Assembly: GCA_049724395.1 (NCBI GenBank)
Contig: JAUGWO010000023.1
Coordinates: 62,001-126,000, forward strand
Origin: Spongospora subterranea f. sp. subterranea
Lineage: Eukaryota
DNA length: 64,000 nt
Direction of reading: 5' to 3'
A program made the translations under genes and the position numbers. Each line of letters opens with the position of its first letter. The first letter of the stretch is position 1. Shown here piece by piece: positions 50,059 to 60,582 of this stretch. The notes below the pieces were generated by a model. The model was not told where the DNA came from. It searched no databases and saw only the letters and a list, made by a program, of their open reading frames with translations.

Positions 50059-52019
50059 CTACTCCCACGAATTGGACTCGGAAAGATCATCGTCGTCGTG
50101 CTGGACGAACCGTCGATACCGATCCAGTGACGACTGAAGCTGCACGTGCAGATCGCGTTCGAACTCCGGCGTCCGCTGTTGCTTTGGGCCGGCGACGACC
50201 TTTCTCAGTTCCTTCCCCGCTCTGATATCGGACAGAAACAATAGTGGTTGTTGATGTGTCGTTGGCGCCGGACGCTCGTGGGCCGAAACAGAGACGCTCC
50301 TCCTCGATTCGCATCGGGTCGGTGCCGAATTCCTTCGGGTCTGCAGAGTCGTTTTTAGCGGGAACGGCGGCGGCGGCGGCGGTGGCGGAGGCAGAATGTC
50401 TAAATCCAGATCGCGCTCGGCGATGTTCTCCTCAGTGACACGCGCTGGATCATTCCGGTCTTCCACCGGATCGTCGTCGTCGTCGTCGGAATTCTCCACA
50501 GGCTCGGGCGGATCGTGTCCGGATTGGCCGTCGTGCCGGTCGGATTGTGTTGGATTCACGAACGGTTCAGACGGCGGCGGAATCGCTTCGGCACCGGTGG
50601 GTTTGGCGATTATCGCGGCGCCACCCGTGTTGTTTCCCGTCGGCATCGGTCGAACGCTGATCGATTTCGACGCTTCTGGAGGGTCGAACATACTTTGCAC
50701 GCGTCGCCCCCTTTTCTGAACAACACCGTTGAACAAACGAACACGACAACCCGAAAACGGTAAATGCACTAACGCCATCGGTCTGGTGAATTACAGTACG
50801 ATACTTCTTCTTCAGGATCATCTTCTCGAACTCGACGCCGTCCGCCGGAACCGGTTGCCCGACCAACTCGGACTGCAGCAGTTTGTAGTTGCCGATGGCC
50901 TTGTTCAGCACCTCCATCCACCCCAGCTTGTCCTCGGCGCTTTTCGCCACGATTGTCAGCGGTTTGGTCTTCGACACGATGAAGAACGCGTTGTGGATCG
51001 GGTTGTTGGGCTTCTCCGGAATGTCGGCGATCGACATATCCGACAGCTGCAGCACGTGCTTGACCTTGGACGACTGGACGGCGGTTCGAATCGACGCGTA
51101 CAGGAGCATATCGTTGAACAGAACGAACAGATATCGTTTCGATTTGTGCAAGCGCGACTTCTTCTGGAACATCTTGTCGAGCTCGCCGAACTTCAACACC
51201 AATCGCGACGGGCTGACCAGATCGACGCTCCCCTTGAACAGCTTCTCCTGGAACTTCACGACCTGACGTCGCTGGGCGTCGTCCTTCAGGTTGTTGGACA
51301 CGTGATCGGCGACCTAAACGTGGTCGCGCGCGTTGGAACAACGAATGAATTCAGCCGTTGGCGACGAGGGCCATCGTTACCTGGTGGATGGCGCGAATGG
51401 CGTTAAGAACGTCGACGCTGGCGTCGGTCCCGTCCGGCAGTTTGCTGAGGAGCGCCGCCAGGAACACGATGTACTGGGGCAGGCGAAACAACGGCCCCTC
51501 CATCAGCTTGTGGACGGGGCGATTACCGCAGCACCGCTCGCTGATGTTCAGGAACTCCTGGAAGCGGCTCTTGCGGCGGCGCAGCTGCAGCAGGGTCTGG
51601 ACGGCCGCCTTCTGCCGGTTGATGTAGTTGGCGTACAGCTTGAAGTACGGGATCATCTGGGTCATGATCAGGCCGAATTGCGACGTCAGGTTGCCGGCCA
51701 ATCGCGCCGCCAACAGCTCCTTATAGAGCCGGCTGTTGACGGCGAATATCCCCCCGATATTCAGGAATATGCTGTCGATCTCGATCTCGGTCAAGATGGG
51801 GCAATTCTCCTGGTTATGGCAGCGCAGGCGCTTCTCGAAGTGTTCGCTGAGCAGGCGCAAACCTTCCTGGACGTAAACCCCCTCGCTCGATAGGAACGCG
51901 TCGCAGATCTGATCGGCGTTCATGGTCGATAGATTGGATGGGATCTGGGGAACGGCCGTAATACTGTCATCGTGTTTAATGGACGACGCTAATGAGACCT
52001 GGCGATGTGTGTCGGCCAT
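50059..52019 (-). CDS. DH-PH RhoGEF with polyproline tract and C-terminal WH2-Central-Acidic (WCA/VCA) module; ~611 aa; introns 51314-51380 and 50716-50773
   Basis: DH: SSEGVYV, IDSIFLNI, PYFKLYANYINR, PLFRLPQY. PH: RYLFVLFNDMLLY, AKSAEDKLGWMEVL. Then a polyproline run, LSDIRAGKELRKV, DLHVQLQSSLDRYRRFV and DDDDLSESNSWE*. Both introns are GT..AG and preserve frame. Confidence 0.85.
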
Positions 52020-52759
52020 CGGACGCCCCTCGGAATATATATATATATAGATAGATATATAGACTATCGCCACCTCCCCGCCCCTTCACCACTCAACACA
52101 TTCTATGAGACGAGATTGGGGGGCGCGCGTGCCCTAGTTTATTGATATCGCCCACAGCCGGGTCGATCAACAGGTCGCCATCCGTGCGACGACCGACGAT
52201 TGCGCCATTGATTCCTGTGGGGGTTTAATCTCCTGATTGGTTCAAAGGGCGCAGTTGAATCGGATTAGGGCCCAAATCCTTCCCCTCAATCGCACGAGGT
52301 TCCGATATGAACCGGAACCTCATGGCGACCGAACACTATTCAGGGACACTGATAAATGATATTGGTTTCGGGTCCAACAGCCAATTATCAACTCCCACAC
52401 GACAAATTGGGCTTTTCGAGATTGCCCCTCCATGTAATATTGTCTATTTTTCTTCGATGTTGTTTTTTTCTTGGTTCAAATAACAGGTTCCGGAAAGCAT
52501 GCCCAGGCCATTCACACTACCTGTAGTGCAATCAATTACAAAACCATCAGTGAATCTTGGTTTGACAATTAATTGTTTTGCGTGCTCACTTATCGCGACC
52601 TGACAAATTACTTTTCAAAACGAGACAGGTATTTTATTGATCGCGTACAGCTCTCGAAGGTGTGTTGATGTACACGGTGCAATCTTCGTCTCCTCAAAAC
52701 GCTGATCCAACTATCCACACAAGTGACGCCGCCTGGCAATGTGAGCCCCAGAACCCCGA

Positions 52760-53235
52760 TAGGTCAACGTCCTCCTCAATCTTGCGGGGGCGTCAGACGA
52801 CGGTTTTTGTGACAGGAGAAGGCAACGTCCGCCGTGGCGTTGCCACGACGTCAGCGACGTTTGCCAACGTATTTCGATCTTTACGAGTCCCCTTCGCGCT
52901 AAGTCATTGATGAAGTGGTGTCTAAGATCAATAAGGTTCGAACGCCTGTGCAAGTTCCCTGTTCGTATCCAGCGCTATCGCGCTTTAATTGTCGTCAAAC
53001 ACACCATCGTTGGCAGAGCCACGCCTGCTCCGATCAAGCGCCGACAGATTCACAACTCCTTCGCCAGATCAGAGATATCAACGTATTCCGGCCTCTGTCG
53101 AGGACTTAGTACGAAGAATCGATTACGTTGGGCGTGAGGAACAACGTAGACGACATCATGACAACGCCAATTGCCGGAGCCTTCTCCTGTCACAAAGACC
53201 CGCCTCCTTAAGACTGACGAGAATGTTGAACGTAA
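52760..53235. mobile_element. Copia RNase H / polypurine-tract relic present in both orientations
   Basis: - strand DN*SAIAL and HRRSNLIDLRHHFINDLARRGLVKI (HKRTKHIDIRHHF-like); + strand copy of the 3' part ends GAGAATGTTGAA (PPT/LTR-start-like). Confidence 0.75.
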
Positions 53236-53482
53236 CTTGGGGTGTAAATGGTCGCGTTAGCTGGATGACCACCAAACGCTAATTATCAGCCGGACCAGTG
53301 CCAATGATGTCGCCAACCAACAGTACCCCGCCTGCCATCGATATTGGTTGGGGCGGGTTGACTTTCCCGTCGCGGTCAGCGTGGCCTCGTCACCCGTGGT
53401 TGCTATAACGCGGGCGTAACGTTGGATTCGGTGATGATGTTACTACGGGCGGAGGCCAAGTACAGGTAGGTAGCCCAGGGCC

Positions 53483-54544
53483 ATGGCGCTAGACCTGGAC
53501 CGGGGTATCGCCCTGACCTGGCATCCGGATCTGGCCGGGATCGACCCGGGTCATGTCAACAGCGTGTTATGTGCCATCGATGATAGGCGGCGGCAGTCGC
53601 GATGCGCCCTGTTATTCCCTGGAGATATCATGCAGGAGCAACGCCTGATCAATCCACATTTCAATGAGTGGTCGTTCGAACAGGCGGCGGTCAAGTTCCT
53701 TACCAACGATCCATCCATTGGTATGGTAGCTTTGATCAAACCCAGCAAACGGATCGGCGAAGTGTCATGTTTTGCGAATTTTGCCTCCGTTTCCCAAGTC
53801 GGAAGCGCAAAGCTGTACGACAAATTCGGGAACACCTCTGTGAGTATCTTTATTTTTTGTTCTTGCAAAACATTCAACTGCCAGCACTGCAAACGCCATG
53901 GCGGACACCTCAGGATTGTACTCAACATCGCTATTAGGAACATCTAATTGGTCTACTCAACAGTTTACGCCGATCATTGGGCAATTGCCCTCAGGTCCGA
54001 CACGTTGTTCTCGTCGGGTTTTCTCGTGGAGGAATCGTGCTGAACCAGGTACATTTGCCGAACCGTAGCCTAGCGTTATTTTGAGATCCTGGCCCAGCTG
54101 GTGACAGAATTGGCTCATTATGAGAATGACCAGTTGTGGTCGTGTATTGACGAGGTACGATGGCTGGATTCGGGGAACAGCCCAGATGTGGGTGCGTTCC
54201 CGCTAGATGAACAGGCAATGCAAGCGTTTGGCCGAATGGTCAAATCCAGGGTGATCAAGGTCTTAATCTGCGGTACTCCTTTCCAATGGAATGACCCTTG
54301 TAAGAAAATCACGTCTGAGGTTGTTCGAATAGCCTAACGATAATCGCAAACAGTTCGGCGCCATGTTGTTGCCGAGCGCCGTCTATTTACCAGGATATTG
54401 CACGAACATGCGCAAACGCCACAGTTCTGCGTGCGATATTATTTCGTCGATGAAATGCCCAACATAGGCAATCACTTTGAAGTTCTCACGTCGCATTTGG
54501 ACCCGTTATCTGGAGTGGATATAACTGATGACAACAATACATAG
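53483..54544 (+). CDS. C2orf69: UPF0565/C2orf69-family protein
   Basis: LFPGD, WSFE, CFANF, LVGFSRGGIVLNQ, WLDSG, GTPFQWNDP, YYF.DE.P.I.NHFEVL across spliced exons. Confidence 0.8.
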
Positions 54545-55149
54545 CTGGTATCCCATCTTGATCGTCCTTCGGTTTATAGAACTTCGCGCGAAAAAACGTC
54601 CGTCAAGAATAAAGTGCCCAATCCATGGAGATTTGATAACAGGCGTGTTAAGTGTCGCCATCCTTACGCAATTGGGCGATTGCGATCGGTATCCTCAACC
54701 AATGAAGTACGAACACAACATATATGTATTATGATCCCATAATAATGTAATACAGGACCAGCATGCAACAGGCATCGATGGCACGCTCAGCGAATCGGAT
54801 CGCCAACTACCTCCAGCAAACCCACGCTAGAGAGCAAACTCCAAGTGCAGCTACCACTTCTGATGGTCTTAGTGTCTCTCTCGAGGTCAACGGTCGCGTA
54901 TGCCTTGGACGACTCCAAGATCATCCGAATCACGTGCGCTTGTATGACAAGCGTGCCACCCTCAATTCATCACTGGTTTTGTTGCCGTTTGTATTTGGGG
55001 GAAATGCTAGTGGCATTTTAGTGAATGTACTCGATGACCACTTCCAGGTTGCCTTTGCATCAGTGCCGCCTGTGAAACTCTGTACGGTGATGGAGTAATG
55101 CGGAAACAATCTGAACAGCGCGTATTGTCACCGGCGGAAACGGCTTTTG

Positions 55150-57270
55150 GAACGTCATTCCATATATGAGCTGGAAAACCAGAGCCGTGAGGAATCTCTT
55201 ACATGCCTAGGATTTTTTGATATTCCAACAAGGTGCCAGCGTAGCTGGCGTTCGTCGTGTAGAAACTGAAAACTAGAGTGAAATTTGCCTTCGTTGATTA
55301 AAAGCTTCTCAACGATTCGTCAACGACAATCAAGTATCAGAAGCTCACTCTATTTTTCAGATCCTAACGACGGACGCCCCTAGTAGAAATAACGGCATGC
55401 TTGCACTTTGCTGAATTCCCTCACGTTTGCTCATCGCTGCTACCGATGAACCAAAGATTGACCGACGCGTCCGGATCGCATATGTTGGGGGGCGGTTTCG
55501 TGTGGTTCCGCTCGGTTAGTGGAGTTCATTCCATCACTCGTCTGAACCTGGTGCCGCACTGTGTTGGATCATGATTTCTTTTCGCATCCGAGATTATGCA
55601 GTGAAGAACCCTTTTCGAACATGTATTTGGGCTGTGTCGGATGTTTGATCAGGAACTCACAGTTCGTGGATTCTGTCAGTATACGAACAAGGTTAACCCC
55701 CCAAGAATCGGCATGTCAAAGCGATTTGAACGTTGGAGGGCGAGATGACATGAGCGGTTCTGTGGCCTCGTTCAAATGGTGCCACCACGAACCTCCACTA
55801 ATCCCGTTGTTGTAGGTTTGTCATCGGGCAGCTGTGGAAATCCTTTCCAGATGACGTCGAAAGAGCCGTCGTCAAAATGGAGAACTACAAAGACGGGCGC
55901 CGCATCTCCATGCGCTGGTGGTGTTTCGTGCTCGTCATCGACAGCAGCTGCGATCGGCTACAAAATTGGATGCCTTGGCTGGGAAGCGTGGCCATTATCT
56001 AGTGTGGTGTTTCTTTCCACAATTTCTGCTACAATTTACAGTGTCAATAAGTCAGTTGTATTACGCATGTTGTCGTTCAACGACGTTGGCACATCGAGGT
56101 CAGACTTGATCAAATGGTGTCGGGAAATGCGTCACATATTGGTGAGGAAGCTGGATGACGCCGAACTCGGGCCGATGAAGCGCTTCGGAGACCACGAGAT
56201 GTAGAACTCCTTGGAACAACGCCCCCACATACTCCATTGTAATCGACTTTGGCAACCGCAGGATCGAACGGAATGTAATCCGTGACCGCATTGCGAGCAA
56301 TGTCAATATTATGACATTGACACACTGGGGAATTGCAGTGAAGTGACAGCGATGATGGTGACCCATCCAGGCAACGTGGGAGCGTTGTTCCAAGGAGTTC
56401 TACATCTCGTGGTTTCCGAAGCGCTTCATCGGCCCGAGGTCGGCGTAATCCAGCTTCCTCACCAATATGTGATGCATTTCCCTGCTGATCATATTGGTGA
56501 GGATTCGACACCATTTCATCAGGTCTGTCCTCGATGTGCCAACGTCGTTGACCGACAATATGCGTAATACAACTGACATATTGACAACAATCACCACAAC
56601 AACTGACATATTGACAACAATCACCACAACAACTGACATATTGACAACAATCACCACAGCAACAGATTTGATGGGTATTACCGATCAGCGATAATAAAAT
56701 ATTGGTCAGTTCGCTCAGTTCTGGCCACATCAGATGAATGTTGTCAAAAATTCAACTCGAAAGCGCTCTGCGTCCAGAATCACATTCTTCAGTTCACCGT
56801 TGTTTCGTGTGCATGTAGTTTCTGACGGAACAAATCTCAATAAACATATTTCACCTGCAGTACATAGATCCGAAAGTCTGAAGCAGTTGCACAACAATTT
56901 TCCGTGCCAACTCCTGAAGAATATCGGATCTCGTCAGCACTTCTGTTTCCCAACATACGCGATCCGGACGCGTCGGTCAATTTTTGGTTCATCGGTAGCA
57001 GCAATGGGCAGACGTTATTTTCACTAGAAGCGTCCATCGTTAGGATCTGAAAAATAGAGTGAGCTTCTGATACTTGATAGTCGTTGATAAATCGTTGAGA
57101 GGATTTTTATCAAACGACGACCAATCTTACTCTGTTTTTTCACCGGAGACGTAATTTTAACAACAGATCATTCGGGGGTAAATCTGCATGCTGTTCCAAA
57201 CAATCTGTTGCGAGCCAGTTCTTTGGATTTTCAATTTGCCTGTCATAGATGAAGCGTCCATTGGCATGTC
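55150..57270. repeat. Large degenerate inverted repeat (palindrome centred near 56300)
   Basis: 56040-56230 pairs with 56374-56588 and 55260-55490 pairs with 56948-57140; intervening and flanking blocks align weakly. Confidence 0.9.
56569..56658. repeat. 30-bp tandem repeat, 3 copies
   Basis: ACAACTGACATATTGACAACAATCACCACA x3. Confidence 0.97.
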
Positions 57271-57537
57271 GAGTTCACTTGAAATTTGCGGAATACCTCA
57301 CTCCAAGGATCAAGATTTTGCAGGACTTTGCACCGTTTGAGCATTTGCGTTGCAGTGTTGTTAAAGAGCTCCACCTTGACGCGTTGGCGAGAACGCTCGC
57401 AAAAATCGTGAGGGCCTAACTTTCAGCACGATAACACATTGATGATGGAAATCCATGCCTCATGTGTAGCATGGGCATTACAACAGCCAAGAGAGTTCGG
57501 GTTCCCATCTGAAAATACTGGTAGTCAGCTGGAAGAT

Positions 57538-58240
57538 GCGCTGGTGTCGCCATGTTGTCTTGGTTGGTCATCGCTGTTGTGAACTTGAAGACTCCGGCTG
57601 ACCGGCTGAGTGTCTGGGAGAAGACTCCGCTGTCGTGACTGGGAGAGGCACTCGCCCCAGACTCAGGCTACATAACGATGACTGTGAGAGGGGCTGCGCT
57701 GGTGTCGCCATGTTGTCTTGGTTGGTCATCGCTGTTGTGAACTTGAAGACTCCGGCTGACCGGCTGAGTGTCTGGGAGAAGACTCCGCTGTCGTGACTGG
57801 GAGAGGCACTCGCCCCAGACTCAGGCTACATAACGATGACTGTGAGAGGGGCTGCGCTGGTGTCGCCATGTTGTCTTGGTTGGTCATCGCTGTTGTGAAC
57901 TTGAAGACTCCGGCTGACCGGCTGAGTGTCTGGGAGAAGACTCCGCTGTCGTGACTGGGAGAGGCACTCGCCCCAGACTCAGGCTACATAACGATGACTG
58001 TGAGAGGGGCTGCGCTGGTGTCGCCATGTTGTCTTGGTTGGTCATCGCTGTTGTGAACTTGAAGACTCCGGCTGACCGGCTGAGTGTCTGGGAGAAGACT
58101 CCGCTGTCGTGACTGGGAGAGGCACTCGCCCCAGACTCAGGCTACATAACGATGACTGTGAGAGGGGCTGCGCTGGTGTCGCCATGTTGGTCTTGGTTGG
58201 TCATCGCTATTCTGAACTTGAAGACTCCGGCTGACGGGCT
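57538..58240. repeat. 158-bp tandem repeat, ~4.4 copies (a further partial unit at 58722-58833)
   Basis: GCGCTGGTGTCGCCATG starts at 57538, 57696, 57854, 58012 and 58170. Confidence 0.97.
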
Positions 58241-58242
58241 AA

Positions 58243-58725
58243 GAGCATTCCCACCGCGCACGGACTATTCCTAGGTACCTAAATCCTACTTTCTGGGTAC
58301 AGTTTCCCAAATTTTAGAATAGGAATTTGCGGAATTTTGCCACCGCGCAGCATGTTACCTAGATAAGGTATACCGCGTTGTAAATCGCTTTGATCAGGTT
58401 CCGATGTCGAATAATGTGCTTTGTATGCCAAATGTTTTCGACAGCGATGACGAATTATTGTTGGCACTTCTTGAGGAAGAAAGTGATGATGATCGGCTGC
58501 TGCAAGCTTACAAGCGACCTCGACGAGGCGGTTCTCGTCCAGGCAAGGCGTCAAACCTGGATCATCAACGTGGGGCATACGCCAAATTGTTGCATCACGA
58601 CTATTGGGGCCCAAATCCTGTATATTCAGACCATCATTTCGAAAAGGCGGTTTCGAATGGCTAAATTGCTGTTTGATCAAATACACGACGCTGTTGTAGA
58701 GCATGACCCATATTTCGTGCAGAAG
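58243..58725 (+). mobile_element. 5' fragment of a PIF/Harbinger-type transposon
   Basis: TAA followed by GAGCATTCCCA (Harbinger-like terminus); GGSRPGKASNLD...HDYWGPNPVYSDHHF / RRFRMAKLLFDQIHDAVVEHDPYFVQK matches the N-terminus of Harbinger-type transposases, with a frameshift. Confidence 0.8.
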
Positions 58726-58867
58726 ACTCCGCGATAGTGTACATACTCATGACTGGGAGAGGCACTCGCCCCAGACTCAGGCTGATCATGTACGTAACGA
58801 TGACTGTGAGAGGGGCTGAGCTGGTGTCGCCATTTGGTTGAACACCTGGCGATATCTGGAGAGCGTC

Positions 58868-60325
58868 ATGTCGACTGATCAAACTGGCAACAATCAGGGG
58901 ACCATGAATCGATCGACGTGTAGCGAGAAATCGGAGGCGCGTTGTCCAGTGGATCATGGTGGGGGTAATAAATCCTCCGCATCTAAGCAGGGAGAATCCG
59001 GTGGCTGCCCTGTTAATCATGGCACCAACTCCAAATATAAACACCCTCATGTGTACAATGTCTATAGCGAAAGGATAGACCCAAACAATCAGATGTCCGC
59101 GAACCCGAATCAAGAGCCCGCTCCTGGTCAGAAGGAACCCCTATCCACACACCGAGTGACCTCCTCGATTCCAAAAGGCGGCACTGATGGCACATGGACC
59201 TGTCAGAAAATCGCTTTACTGGTAACTCCAATCGTTAATCACCTTCTTTTTGCAGATCCATCTCCCCAAATGTTTTACAACGCGTTGGCCCGCAAAGGAA
59301 AAGTGTCAGATGTGTCAGAACGGGACGTTGATACTGTCAGTGTCCCTCCGATAACTGCATCCATTCAGTGCATATTCCTTAACTCAATACGTAGGTCGTC
59401 GCTATCCACAACAACATGAATGAACGAACGTACGTTTGTCGTGGGGTTCCCAGATACTTCAAATGTTGAATAGTCATGTGCAGATGGCGACAACTATTAC
59501 AGTGGGGTGTGTTCCTATCCGCCATCGTTGAATGTATTCTAAATCCAACGCAGAGAGCTGTAAATCATGTCCCAATCCGACTCTGTTGAGGTTCATGGGA
59601 AAACCGAATCATCTCACTCCCAAGGCCTGGATCAAGAGTAAACTCGGCTATGGAACGCCATTTGACCGACATGATTGGATTGTTGATCGTTGCGGTAATG
59701 AGGACCCTGCCAAGTTTCCTCTAATTTACCTACGCGAATGGTTATAGGTCAAGAAGTTCGATACGTGATCGACTACTATCATGACGAAAGCGGTGTGGCC
59801 GACGATAAAGTTCCAGGGCTTCACGACACATCTAGCATCAAATCCATCAAAGTCGACGTGCGCCCAGCCCTAGATTCATTCGAGAGCTTCGTGGACCGTG
59901 CCAGAAACCTGTTTTCAAGTACAGGAACTAGTCTTGATCCAGTACACAGCTCAGATGGTCAACCCGATCCCCCATCTGATGACGATATTCGCCAAGTGGT
60001 TCGGAAGGGCCCACTTTTCACAGGCGGATCCATTGATTGGGGTGTCAATTAGGTCCGGTCTCGATGTGGCTCCGCGTTGCTTCAGTTCGCCAAGAGCGCC
60101 GACGATCCCGAGAGTCGATCAAAAGCAGCAATGGCGCTAAACTACTGTATGGGGACCGTCGTTTGCCAACAGGAATCCAGCAAATTTATGGCCGATCTGG
60201 AGACGAGCTCAGGAGATCCACTCCCGTCATATCAGAAACTAGTCGACTGTCTTGAACGATGTTCAGCTCTGAAGGCGCTATTCAATCCCGAAGGCGACTG
60301 GCGAAAATTCGCCAAAATAAATTAA
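58868..60325 (+). CDS. HCCS: Holocytochrome-c synthase (cytochrome c heme lyase) with C-terminal Cys-containing extension
   Basis: Two CPV motifs, [59 protein letters not shown]. Confidence 0.95.
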
Positions 60326-60582
60326 GTATTGTTTCCATTGTTATCGGTAACCAAATCTTTCGTTGTTCCACGTTTGGCCGTCATTCACTATGTCACATTG
60401 ACCTTCAACAATATTCGAAGAACAACAGGGCCATCGAGAGTTCATTATTGTCTTCCTAGTTGATCACCACCGTGGTCTTCTTTTATCGAAGATTCCATAT
60501 GTTGTGAGTTCAACTCCAATTTGAGCACGCGCCTGTTCCAGAATGCAGAGATCTGGTCAAGTGTACAGCCTTTAAATTATCG

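Noticed and set aside
50729..51893. Long + strand ORFs opposite the RhoGEF gene
   Set aside because: Antisense shadows of a high-GC3 gene.
56110..56730. 206-aa Cys-rich ORF (CCGDCCQYVS repeats)
   Set aside because: By-product of the 30-bp tandem repeat and palindrome; no independent coding evidence.
57538..58240. CRISPR array, tRNA/5S array or hammerhead ribozyme repeat
   Set aside because: No variable spacers, no cloverleaf or convincing B box, and no CUGAnGA/GAAA core.
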